DNA from: a virus
Taxonomy: Duplodnaviria; Caudoviricetes
Strand: one strand, 5' to 3'
Virus record (IMG/VR): IMGVR_UViG_3300033463_006479
Location: 32,001 to 96,000 of that record
DNA length: 64,000 nt
Both the position numbers and the translations under genes were made by a program. This document shows positions 45,899 through 55,453 of the stretch, in pieces. Each line of letters starts with the position of its first letter. Positions within the stretch are counted from its first letter, which is position 1. Under the pieces are notes generated by a model, which was not told where the DNA came from, did no database searches, and worked only from the letters and a program-made list of their open reading frames with translations.

Positions 45899-48229
45899 TT
45901 ATTTTGCTGATTTTGTGAGTTCGTCATATTCTTCTTGGGTCAATACTTTAACATACCCGTTTCTGTTCAATTCACCAAAAACGGTTGCTTGCGGAAGTCT
46001 TTTTTTGAATTTTGTCTGAATCATAAACTCGGCAGAATTGTAGCAGTTTTTGTCGGTTTGCTTTTTCGTGAAAACATCACGCAGATTTTTTGTAATGTCT
46101 CTGATGTTCCGTGCTGCGTTGTTGTCTGCGTTCATTCCGTTGAGATGCTGCTCTTGTATTTTACGAAGCACTCGCTTGTTTATAAACTTGACAACCTTTT
46201 TTGTTTTTCCGTTATCGCACTTTTCAGTATATTCCAAAAGATATAATTTTCGTGTTTTGCTGTCAATCTGTGATGTGAACGATGAAGGTATAAATACCGT
46301 ATTCATTGTGTTATTGTTTGTGAGTTGTGCGAACTTGTCTTTGACATCAGCAAAATGAATTGCTTTGATGAAAGAGTTATAAAACGTGCTTTCTTTGTTG
46401 CGTTTGATTCCTTCATTGGTGATTGTGAAATTCATAATATTGCCAGCATCGTCAAGTTCTGGCCTATAACACATATATACATCATTCCATTCTTTTAAGT
46501 TCCACTCATCTTTCGGTTTTCCGAGTAATTTGCGGTAATTGAGAAGTGATTTGATGCTTGGCAGTCTGCGCTTTTTTTCAAATTGCGATGATGTCAAATA
46601 CTCAACGCCAATGGTGTCGTAGCCATTATTTTTAATGACGTTGAACGCATAGGTTACGATGTTGTTACGGCAACCGATGATTTTCCGTTCAATTCTGTTT
46701 AGTTTGACAAGCATTTCTTTTGCTGACGGCTCGTTGATGAAGTCGCTTTTGTAAACTTCATCAGGATTGTCTGTTTTACCGTGAGCCAAATCATATTCTT
46801 GCTGCTTGCGGTTATACGCTTCTTTTATCTTGAAATAAGATATGTACTGCGCACGTAACTTCTGTGTTGAGCCAAGGTAGAATTTGATTTTGTGGTCATC
46901 TTTGTATCGTTTCTCAAGTTTCTCAAAAACATCCTGCATAGCAAGTTCTCTTTTGCAAAGTATGCTTTTTTCGGTGTCTGTGGCACGGGCAAAAAGCGAG
47001 TCCAATTCTGTGATTCCAAATGTTGCGTATTTGGAGAGTTCTATGTATTGGTTAAGCTCTTCGTCACTCGTTATGGTTTTTCTGAAATTCTTATCGGAAA
47101 GAAATTCCTTATACAGATTAACATAACCTTTGACTTTGCCTTTGTCCTCAATACTGGAATTGAGCATTGAGTGCTTTATGTTGATATCCACGCCAACAAT
47201 GTTTTTCGGCAAATTCGGCTGTTTTTCATAATTGTAATCGGCTGTCAGTGCGACAAAAAGATTTCCGTTTTCAATTTTGAATGTAAAACGCTCACCGTGC
47301 TTGTTGCATATGTCAATATTTTCGTTTTCAGCACGTTCTCCATTGCAAACAGAAACGAGCGCACGATGACCGAAAATGTTTATCATATATTTTCCACCAA
47401 ACAGATTTGTCGTGAGTTTATATGAAGTAAGGCCATCGGCTTCGATTTTTGTTAATTTCTTATTTAAGAGGATAACCATAGACAATCCATCCGCTCTTCT
47501 TTTGCAGCCACCAAAGTCTTTCAAGCATTCAACCCTTTTCTGATTGATATATTGCTCAACATCTTGTTTATGGTCTTTCCAATAATCAAACAATGTTTCC
47601 ATACGGAAGATTAGTGCGGTGTTCGGTTCTGACTTTTGTTTCATATAGTCTATTGACTTTTTCCAGTCATCATCATTTTTGAAGTCATTTTTCGTAACTT
47701 CATAAACGGTTTGTTCAAGAAGAACCTCATCGGTCGGCATATTTTCGGAACTGAACCTTTTGTATTTCGGGTTTATTTTTAGAGTTGTCATTTTTGTGCG
47801 GTAGTTGCTTATGACATTATCAAAATACCCGTTTCTTCTGTATCCAGTTTCAAACAATGACAATAGGTTGCCGTTATAATTCTCTGGATTTATTTTCCTA
47901 ACAGCCTCAAACAGCAAATTGTCTGCGTGAGTTTTCGGACAGTCTGTGAAAAGGGTGTAAAGTGGCAAATCTGTTTTTTGTTCATCAATGAAATATGTGT
48001 AATACCCAACACCCTTGTTTATCTGTTTTTCTCCAACATATTTCAACAAATCACCGATAGTAACACTTGTCAGATTTTTGCAAATCCAGTCGGAAAGTTT
48101 GTTGTAATAGTTTATGTATTCGTCAATCGTTGGTTTCCATACACGTTCAATATCGTGTTTTGACATTTTGGCTTTCATTACGTATGCCTTTACGATTGTT
48201 TGATTGTCTGTTTTTTTGTGTGTTGCCAT
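45899..48229 (-). CDS. casLambda: Type V CRISPR effector, Cas-lambda family (776 aa from MATHKK)
   Basis: MATHKKT N-terminus, YRRNGY, FGGCKR, RuvC IVGVDINIKH / GVEYLTSSQF / MNADNNAARNI, IHFADVKD; adjacent array with ATTGTTG...ACAAC repeat; matches my recollection of Cas-lambda. Confidence 0.88.
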   Translation of the reverse strand: MATHKKTDNQTIVKAYVMKAKMSKHDIERVWKPTIDEYINYYNKLSDWICKNLTSVTIGDLLKYVGEKQINKGVGYYTYFIDEQKTDLPLYTLFTDCPKTHADNLLFEAVRKINPENYNGNLLSLFETGYRRNGYFDNVISNYRTKMTTLKINPKYKRFSSENMPTDEVLLEQTVYEVTKNDFKNDDDWKKSIDYMKQKSEPNTALIFRMETLFDYWKDHKQDVEQYINQKRVECLKDFGGCKRRADGLSMVILLNKKLTKIEADGLTSYKLTTNLFGGKYMINIFGHRALVSVCNGERAENENIDICNKHGERFTFKIENGNLFVALTADYNYEKQPNLPKNIVGVDINIKHSMLNSSIEDKGKVKGYVNLYKEFLSDKNFRKTITSDEELNQYIELSKYATFGITELDSLFARATDTEKSILCKRELAMQDVFEKLEKRYKDDHKIKFYLGSTQKLRAQYISYFKIKEAYNRKQQEYDLAHGKTDNPDEVYKSDFINEPSAKEMLVKLNRIERKIIGCRNNIVTYAFNVIKNNGYDTIGVEYLTSSQFEKKRRLPSIKSLLNYRKLLGKPKDEWNLKEWNDVYMCYRPELDDAGNIMNFTITNEGIKRNKESTFYNSFIKAIHFADVKDKFAQLTNNNTMNTVFIPSSFTSQIDSKTRKLYLLEYTEKCDNGKTKKVVKFINKRVLRKIQEQHLNGMNADNNAARNIRDITKNLRDVFTKKQTDKNCYNSAEFMIQTKFKKRLPQATVFGELNRNGYVKVLTQEEYDELTKSAK

Positions 48230-48278
48230 AAATTGATGGTTTATGTGGTTTATATATGAGTTACTTATTTTTTCTGTA

Positions 48279-49448
48279 TCAAAAATATTGGTTGTTATTT
48301 GATTTTTTTCTGATAAGAATACGTTTATAAACACCTTTACCATTAATCATAAATTGCCCACCAGCAACACCATCTCCGCCGTTTCCGTTAAGGTCGTGCT
48401 CGTGTCCAATAATTTCAATTTGATTTGGATTATAATGCTCTAAAATTGTAATAGGAACACCCATTACTCCGTTGTAATCAATAGGAATAAAATCAAGTTT
48501 ATCCACATTTATTGCATCATAGTTATCATATTTGGGGTAGTCTACAAGATTATATTTTTTTTGTTCTTGCGGATAAAATAGTTCTTTTCGTTTGTTGTGT
48601 TCGACATTTGTGAACCAATTGCACAATCCTAATTTCTGATGCACGATACCATCTACCATATATTGACTTTTTTCATCAACAATTTTATTCAACGGAGTTA
48701 TGAAATCCGTTGGTGTCGTGTATCCAAGCCAAAGTTTGTTATCTTTTATATATTGAAAAATTTCTTTATACGTTATGGCGTTTTTGTTACCGATAATAAT
48801 GAATTTTTTTTCCAATTTTATAATTTGATTGACAAATTGGCGAAATAAACTAAATGGTGGGTTTGTGACGACAACATCACATTCTTTCATTATCTCAATA
48901 CACTCTTTACTCGAAAAAGAGCCGTCACCATTTAATTTGGTTACAACAAATTCACTCTCATCAACAAACATTGAATCATCGCATTCCCCGTTATATTCAA
49001 AAGCCAACCCGTTTATGCCAAGTTCTTTTTTTATACCATTACCATTTTTTATATATTGTGTGATTACAAGTTTTTTTATGCCCCATTCCTTAAAGTGGTA
49101 TGTGAAAAAATTAACAAATTCGCTTCTGCCTATATTTAAAACTTTGTCACAAGGCATATACACAATTTTTCCTTTGAAAAAATTTTTGTAATGATAAAGC
49201 TCTTTATCAATATCTTCAAATGTCGTATAGAACTCATCGTATTTGTTTTTTTTCGCCTCTCGCAAATTGCTGTTTTTTTGTTTTGACGGTTTTCCAAGAA
49301 ATTCTGAAAAATCAGCATTGAGCGAAACTTTTGTCGGTGCAATGATTTTATTTTCCAGATATGTTTTAGAAAAACCTTTTTTTAAGTGAATGACGTATTT
49401 TCCAAGTATTGGATTATATATTTCTTCAAAATGTTCAGATTTTTCCAT
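48279..49448 (-). CDS. Adenine-specific DNA methyltransferase, EcoRI family
   Basis: KYDEFYT, GDGSFSS.EC, VVTNPPFSLFR, GVMGVPIT. Confidence 0.88.
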   Translation of the reverse strand: MEKSEHFEEIYNPILGKYVIHLKKGFSKTYLENKIIAPTKVSLNADFSEFLGKPSKQKNSNLREAKKNKYDEFYTTFEDIDKELYHYKNFFKGKIVYMPCDKVLNIGRSEFVNFFTYHFKEWGIKKLVITQYIKNGNGIKKELGINGLAFEYNGECDDSMFVDESEFVVTKLNGDGSFSSKECIEIMKECDVVVTNPPFSLFRQFVNQIIKLEKKFIIIGNKNAITYKEIFQYIKDNKLWLGYTTPTDFITPLNKIVDEKSQYMVDGIVHQKLGLCNWFTNVEHNKRKELFYPQEQKKYNLVDYPKYDNYDAINVDKLDFIPIDYNGVMGVPITILEHYNPNQIEIIGHEHDLNGNGGDGVAGGQFMINGKGVYKRILIRKKSNNNQYF

Positions 49449-49480
49449 AAGTTTAGAATTATATTTAGCGAATTTATAAA

Positions 49481-49516
49481 GTCACAGATGACCTAAATTA
49501 TTAAGTCATCTGTGAC
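49481..49516. terminator. Intergenic hairpin
   Basis: GTCACAGATGAC...GTCATCTGTGAC 12-bp inverted repeat. Confidence 0.55.
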
Positions 49517-49528
49517 ATAACCTATTTA

Positions 49529-51064
49529 TTATTTACTCTTTTTAATGAGTGGTACATATTTTTCTGGAGTTCCTTTTTTGACACATTCGATTAGGCGTTT
49601 TTTCGCATCCTTAATGTCAGATTCTGTGAACTTGTTTCCGTGCAAAAGTTTCTCGTGATTTTCTTTTGTTGTAATCAAAAGATTTTCGGGTGCTGTTTTT
49701 CCACCCAACGACCACATTACAATATGATGACAACAAAAATCTCTTGGGCTATCGTGTTTCTTACCGTCAACGGGGTCAATGCCGCCAAATTCCTTAAATA
49801 AAGCATCTTTTTGGCTGATTGTGAAGTTCCGTATGCTTAACATTTTTTCATCATCTTTTCTCTCTCCACGCAATACATATTCAACAATTCGTGATAATGC
49901 GACAACATCGGGGTCTTGCATAAGTCTATCAACACTTTTGTTGATTTCCTTTTTTTCTTTAATTGTTAATTGTTTACGGCCATATAAAGCGTAAATCCTT
50001 CCCCAATCAGTGAGTCTCGTTATTTTTGAATTTATTGTACTTTCGTCAAAAATAGAACGCACCCAATCAATCACTGTTGTGTATGACTTAACCAAATGTT
50101 CGGCATCTGGATAATTATGAAATTCTTCCATATATGCTAAAATTCGTTTAGCCTTTATTTTTGGTGTTTCTTTTAAATATGTTTCACCAACCAACTCACC
50201 TTCACCGTGTTCTATAAACCATTTGTTTTCACCACTTTCAACAGCCCATATCGCACTTGCCCAATCCAATGCCGTTTCCAAAACAAGTTGTCTTTCAGCA
50301 GCCCTATTATACATAAATGTGTCATAATAGTATCGTCCGTCTTTGTCTTTCTTGTTAAACACAAAACCGTTAATTTTATTTGGTTTTGATGTTTTTGAAT
50401 TTTTTGAAAAATGCCGTTTTGCATCCTCACACCATTCTCCAGTGAATGCGCAGTTTCTTAACTCTTGGTCGTTAAGCAATGACGTATCTTGGTTAATAAT
50501 GGTAAACCAGTTCATCAAATCTCGTTCATTGCCTTTACATTTGTTAATTGTTGGCTTGTATTTTAAAAATTTTTCTTGGACTTCTTTTGGCAATTGTCTA
50601 AACAACACAAGGTTTCCACTTGGGTTATTAAGCCAATTTTCATATTTGAATTTAATCTTTCCTTCAAGAAAGTTAAACAATGTCAACAATCTTTGCTGTC
50701 CGTCAACAACACAATAATCATTTGTTGCTGTATTGTGGCCAAAATACATATGTCCAATCGGATAGCCCAAACTCACACTTTCCAACAACTTTGATTGCCA
50801 TCTTTTGTTTTCTTTTACAACATAACCTCTTTGGAATTTCGGGCGAATAATAAGTTTTCCATCCAACGCAACCACACTACCGCCGTCATCATCGGATGTG
50901 TCGGAAAAACCTTTATATAATTGTTCCAATGTCGGTTCTTCTCCATCGATTTGAAACTTATCTACGGAAAAATCTTGTTGGAAACCCAATCCGTAAGTTT
51001 CAGTTTCAGTTTCAGTTAACACTTGGCTGTTTTTCTTGCTGTTTACATTTTTGCTGTTCTTCAT
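49529..51064 (-). CDS. DUF262 (ParB-like) + HNH nuclease, GmrSD-like
   Basis: RPKFQRGYV, VVDGQQRL, F..IN; C-terminal HHIVMWSLGGKTAPENL...ENH. Confidence 0.85.
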   Translation of the reverse strand: MKNSKNVNSKKNSQVLTETETETYGLGFQQDFSVDKFQIDGEEPTLEQLYKGFSDTSDDDGGSVVALDGKLIIRPKFQRGYVVKENKRWQSKLLESVSLGYPIGHMYFGHNTATNDYCVVDGQQRLLTLFNFLEGKIKFKYENWLNNPSGNLVLFRQLPKEVQEKFLKYKPTINKCKGNERDLMNWFTIINQDTSLLNDQELRNCAFTGEWCEDAKRHFSKNSKTSKPNKINGFVFNKKDKDGRYYYDTFMYNRAAERQLVLETALDWASAIWAVESGENKWFIEHGEGELVGETYLKETPKIKAKRILAYMEEFHNYPDAEHLVKSYTTVIDWVRSIFDESTINSKITRLTDWGRIYALYGRKQLTIKEKKEINKSVDRLMQDPDVVALSRIVEYVLRGERKDDEKMLSIRNFTISQKDALFKEFGGIDPVDGKKHDSPRDFCCHHIVMWSLGGKTAPENLLITTKENHEKLLHGNKFTESDIKDAKKRLIECVKKGTPEKYVPLIKKSK

Positions 51065-51110
51065 AACTTTTAATTTTTAATGATTAATGATTATTGTTTG
51101 TTATTTGTTA

Positions 51111-51917
51111 TTATCCGATATTGATTCCGTGAATTTTGGCGAAGTCTTCAATTTCGCAAAGTGTTTTTTTGCCGACATTTCTGTATTTTAAAATGTCGCT
51201 TTTCTTTGATGCGGCAAGTTTCTCCACCGTGTCAATGCCCATACCGATAAGGCAGTTGATTGTTCTGACGGAAAAGTCGCAGTCAATAATTCGCTCGTCA
51301 AGGATTGGGTTTCGTTCAGTGCTCTTTGGCGGAACGATACCGTTTCTCAAATTGTTGTTCTCCCGTTCAAGTTCGGAAAGTCTTTTTTTGAGGTGATAGT
51401 TTTCTTCAACAATCTTGCCGCATTTTGCGTGTCTGATTCTCCTGCAAGCCTTATTCGCAATTTGTACCGTGCGTTCTTCAGAAAGCCCGTGATTGTCTGC
51501 AACATAAGCAACATCACCGCTTTCAACAATGCCGATGAGAACGTCACACTCTTTTTCTGGTAAAACATCCCCAAGTGATTTCAAAAACGAAGCAATCGCA
51601 TCTCTGGTGATTCTGCTGGCAGTACCGCCTCTGTAAAGTCCGAGTGCCGCACGCTTGTCATCAATCTCGTTTTGGAGTTTGCTGGCTGTTGCATTTGACT
51701 TGTCAAGTAATTCGTTCACCTTTCTTTTGGATTCCTCAAGTTCGGCAATGCTGTCGGTAAGTGCGTGCAGCGTGTCGGAATCAACGAAAAGCCTACCATT
51801 AATCATATGTCCTTTCAAGACACCGTTTTTCACCCAGTTAGAAACCGTCTGTTGAGTGCATCTCAAAAATTCAGCGGCATCCTCTCTGGACACCAGTCTT
51901 TTTTCATTCTTTTCCAT
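51111..51917 (-). CDS. Excisionase/MerR-type HTH + sigma4-like HTH + RNA polymerase alpha-CTD fusion
   Basis: SREDAAEFLRCTQQTVSNWVKNG; GLSEERTVQI; FSVRTINCL..GIDTV...YRNVGKKTLCEI. Confidence 0.8.
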   Translation of the reverse strand: MEKNEKRLVSREDAAEFLRCTQQTVSNWVKNGVLKGHMINGRLFVDSDTLHALTDSIAELEESKRKVNELLDKSNATASKLQNEIDDKRAALGLYRGGTASRITRDAIASFLKSLGDVLPEKECDVLIGIVESGDVAYVADNHGLSEERTVQIANKACRRIRHAKCGKIVEENYHLKKRLSELERENNNLRNGIVPPKSTERNPILDERIIDCDFSVRTINCLIGMGIDTVEKLAASKKSDILKYRNVGKKTLCEIEDFAKIHGINIG

Positions 51918-51965
51918 AATCTCTGTTCTTTTGTTACTCATTAAACTTGTTGTTTGAACACGATG

Positions 51966-52033
51966 CAAAAATACAACTAAATTTCATATAATCTACAAAA
52001 AATTTCAAAAAGTTATCAACAAAGTTATCAACA
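51966..52033 (-). promoter_or_regulatory. Bacteroidetes-type promoter (TATTTTTG) with tandem TTATCAACA boxes
   Basis: Layout repeated three times in the window. Confidence 0.7.
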
Positions 52034-52093
52034 AAAACTATGTCATTATAATGGCGTTATAAATATATGGAATCATCTTTTAATCATTAGACT

Positions 52094-53788
52094 ATGGCAG
52101 GTTTTATTACCACAAGGAAAGACCCAAGGACATACGCAACAACTAACAGAGTGTCGAAGATGCTGCGAAAAATCAGCAACCTCGGTATGGACTTTGACGG
52201 AAAAGTGTTCAAAAATTCAAGGGCAATCGGTCTTTATGATGTTGACCCTACAACACCGAACACCCAAATATTCCAATATGAAGATTCTATATATGACATA
52301 TTCCAAGGGTTCTCGTACACAGACCCGTCAATGCACAAGAACGTGTCAATCTATGACCAGCGTTACGATGACAGAAAGCGCAACGAACTGCGCAGGCTCG
52401 CTATGCAGGACGAGATTGAGGACATTCTTGACATTTTGACAGACGAAACAATATGTTATAACAAGAATGGATTGTTCTGCGAATTGCTTTATGACAAAAC
52501 CCTATTGACCGATGAACTGAACACGGAGGTTGTTGATATATTCAACAGCATATATTCCTATTTCGGTTTCTGGGACCAAAATATGGCTTGGGGTTATTTC
52601 CGCAAATTCCTCATTGAAGGCTTCCTCGCATTTGAAATCATATATGACGGAGAGCCGACAAAACCAGAAACACAGAAGAATATCATAAACTTCAAGGAAC
52701 TTGACATCCTTTCGTTAATTCCAGCAGTTTCGCAGCAGACTGGAGAGAAAATCTGGATTCAATATCCGAATGACCCAGCCAAGCAGCGTGTGCTTTACGA
52801 CTCACAAATCATATATATAAGTTATGCGCAGTTTGACAGCGCAAGCCGTGTTTCCTATGTGGAACGTTTGTCAAGGAGTTTCAACCTTCTCCGTATTATG
52901 GAGAGCACGAGGATTATGTGGGCTGTAACAAATTCAAGTTACAAGACATTGTTCACCATACCAGTTGAAAGTTACAGAAACCGTGGTCAGCAGACACTTG
53001 CGCAGATGATGCACAACTACAAGGAGATTATTGATTTCAACGAGGAAAGCGGTGAACTGCACGTGAACGGAAGGCCGATGATGCCGTTCAGCAAGGAATA
53101 CTGGTTTCCAAGTGTAGGAGGAGAAAGCCCGCAGATACAGACCTTGGGCGGTGACGGACCAGACCTCTCCGACACCGAGGCACTCAACTACTTCAAGCAG
53201 AAACTCTGGCAGACCAGCAAGATTCCGTTCACCCGTTTTGACAACACGCAAGGCCGTGGAAGTTATGCGTTGAACACCGAATCTATGATGCGTGAGGAGG
53301 TGAAGTTCAACAACTTTGTAAACCGCCTGCGAAGCATATTCAAGGAAATACTCATAAAACCCGTATATATACAACTCTGTCTTAAACATAAGGAGTTCTC
53401 AACAGATGTTTCATTCAGAAACTCTCTTACGCTTGACTTTGTTTCTGATAACGTGTTTACTGAAATGCGTGAAACCGAGGTGTTGCAGAAGAAATCTGAA
53501 TTTATTTCCGCTATGATGCAGAACCTCGTTACACAAGACAGCGAGGGTAATGATGTTCCGTATTTTGACCTCGACTTCCTTGTTATGCGTTTCAGTGGTA
53601 TGACACAAGAGGACTTGGACACCAACAAAAAGTTCAAGGAAAGAAAGGAACTCCAAAAAGAAGGCTATAAGGATGAGGATATAGAGAAGATACTTGACGG
53701 TGCTGACAAAGCCGACTTCAAAGCGGAAAAGAAAGAGGAAAAGAAAGAGGACGAGGATGAAGAAGGCGGCGGAGGGTTCTCATTGTAA
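52094..53788 (+). CDS. gp20: Portal protein, T4 gp20-like
   Basis: SYVERL.RSFNLLRIME, EYWFP..GG..PQIQTLGG, YFKQKL..SKIPFTRF, REEVKF..FVNRLR. Confidence 0.92.
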   Translation: MAGFITTRKDPRTYATTNRVSKMLRKISNLGMDFDGKVFKNSRAIGLYDVDPTTPNTQIFQYEDSIYDIFQGFSYTDPSMHKNVSIYDQRYDDRKRNELRRLAMQDEIEDILDILTDETICYNKNGLFCELLYDKTLLTDELNTEVVDIFNSIYSYFGFWDQNMAWGYFRKFLIEGFLAFEIIYDGEPTKPETQKNIINFKELDILSLIPAVSQQTGEKIWIQYPNDPAKQRVLYDSQIIYISYAQFDSASRVSYVERLSRSFNLLRIMESTRIMWAVTNSSYKTLFTIPVESYRNRGQQTLAQMMHNYKEIIDFNEESGELHVNGRPMMPFSKEYWFPSVGGESPQIQTLGGDGPDLSDTEALNYFKQKLWQTSKIPFTRFDNTQGRGSYALNTESMMREEVKFNNFVNRLRSIFKEILIKPVYIQLCLKHKEFSTDVSFRNSLTLDFVSDNVFTEMRETEVLQKKSEFISAMMQNLVTQDSEGNDVPYFDLDFLVMRFSGMTQEDLDTNKKFKERKELQKEGYKDEDIEKILDGADKADFKAEKKEEKKEDEDEEGGGGFSL

Positions 53789-53802
53789 AAGATTTGAATA
53801 AT

Positions 53803-54333
53803 ATGAGAATACTTGACACCAGCAGATACATAAACGAGAAACTTGTCATCAAGCCAATATCAAAATCAAGGCTTGGTGAATTTCTAAAATGCACGGAATT
53901 TCCAAAAACAAAGGATGAGCTTCGGGAAATCATAGAGGAACGAATGAAAAAATACGGGAACAACTGCAATCTGAATGACATTGACGTTTCCGAAATAACC
54001 GATATGAGCTGGCTGTTCTCAATCAATTTTGGATTGTCAAGGTTTTCTGGAAACATATCCAGATGGAACACAAGCAATGTGAAGAATATGTCGCATATGT
54101 TCTACTGGGCAAAAGATTTCAATTGCGACATATCAAAATGGGATGTCAGTAATGTATATAATATGGAATCTATGTTTGAACAAGCAGAATCGTTCAATCA
54201 AGATTTGTCCAACTGGAATACACAGAATGTTGGTTTCCGCATATTTGACGGAGGATATAAAAAAATATTCTATGGCTGTCCGTTGAAATCCCAACCAGAA
54301 AAACAACCTATTTTCAAAGATGCGAATACTTGA
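53803..54333 (+). CDS. Tagged DUF285 repeat protein
   Basis: Tag + repeats; directly follows the portal gene. Confidence 0.9.
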   Translation: MRILDTSRYINEKLVIKPISKSRLGEFLKCTEFPKTKDELREIIEERMKKYGNNCNLNDIDVSEITDMSWLFSINFGLSRFSGNISRWNTSNVKNMSHMFYWAKDFNCDISKWDVSNVYNMESMFEQAESFNQDLSNWNTQNVGFRIFDGGYKKIFYGCPLKSQPEKQPIFKDANT

Positions 54334-55390
54334 TACTGACGAATACATAAACGAAAAACTTATCATACAACCGTTCACAAAAACGCAGCTTGCGAATAAA
54401 GGTCGTGGTAAGCACAAATGGTTTCCAAAAAGCAACGAGGAACTGAAGGCCATTGTGCGTTCAAGGATAGAAAAAGAAGGTGACGGCTGCAATCTCAACG
54501 ACATTGATGTTTCTTGCATCACTGATTTTTCAAAGGTGTTTTATGGCATAGTGGTAAATGTGGACATTTCCGAATGGAATGTGTCAAACGCATCCAATAT
54601 GACAAGTATGTTTGAATACTCAAACTTTAACGGGGATATCTCAAAATGGGATGTTTCAAAAGTGGTTACTATGTCGCATATGTTCTATGGCTCGGCGTTC
54701 AACCAAAACATATCAAATTGGGATGTGAGCAATGTTGAAGATATGGAATGCTTGTTTGGACACACGGTCTTTAACCAAGACATATCAAAATGGAATGTCG
54801 GAAAAGTTCGGACATTCGTAAAAATGTTCTTCCGTAACCATTGTTTCAATGGCGACATTTCTGGTTGGAATGTCAGCAGTGCCTACAATATGTGTGGAAT
54901 GTTTGAAGAAAGCAGATTCAACGGTGATATTTCCAAATGGGATGTTTCTGGGGTTATGTTTATGTCCTTTATGTTTTGTGGAAGCAAATTTGACGGAGAT
55001 ATATCCAGATGGGATGTTCATAATGTGAACTATATGGATAATATGTTCAAAGACAGCGAGTTCAACGGAGACATATCAGACTGGAACACCAGCAGTGTGT
55101 CGTTTATGGAGTTTATGTTTAAAAATTCCAAATTCGACAGCAATATTTCCAAATGGGATGTATCAAGTGTGCAAACTATGGAATGTATGTTCTATGGCTC
55201 TAATTTCAATGATGACATATCAAATTGGAATACAAAAAATGTTACGAATATGAAAGGTATGTTCGCATATTCAAAATTTGATGGCGACATTTCAAACTGG
55301 GATGTTTCTGGAGTTACCGACCATACGAGTATGTTCACATATTCACCGCTCGCAAGGTTTAAACGGAAACAGCCAAAGTTCAAGATATGA
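54320..55390 (+). CDS. Tagged DUF285 repeat protein
   Basis: Tag + about 11 repeats. Confidence 0.9.
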   Translation: MRILDTDEYINEKLIIQPFTKTQLANKGRGKHKWFPKSNEELKAIVRSRIEKEGDGCNLNDIDVSCITDFSKVFYGIVVNVDISEWNVSNASNMTSMFEYSNFNGDISKWDVSKVVTMSHMFYGSAFNQNISNWDVSNVEDMECLFGHTVFNQDISKWNVGKVRTFVKMFFRNHCFNGDISGWNVSSAYNMCGMFEESRFNGDISKWDVSGVMFMSFMFCGSKFDGDISRWDVHNVNYMDNMFKDSEFNGDISDWNTSSVSFMEFMFKNSKFDSNISKWDVSSVQTMECMFYGSNFNDDISNWNTKNVTNMKGMFAYSKFDGDISNWDVSGVTDHTSMFTYSPLARFKRKQPKFKI

Positions 55391-55453
55391 TATTCGGCCA
55401 GTCTTTAACGACTGACCTTTTTGTTGTTCTTATAAATATAGAAAATGTGTGCT

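Noticed and set aside
48230-48343. 38-aa N-terminal extension of the Cas protein in the ORF track
   Set aside because: It overlaps the methyltransferase gene; MATHKK at 48229 matches the family start
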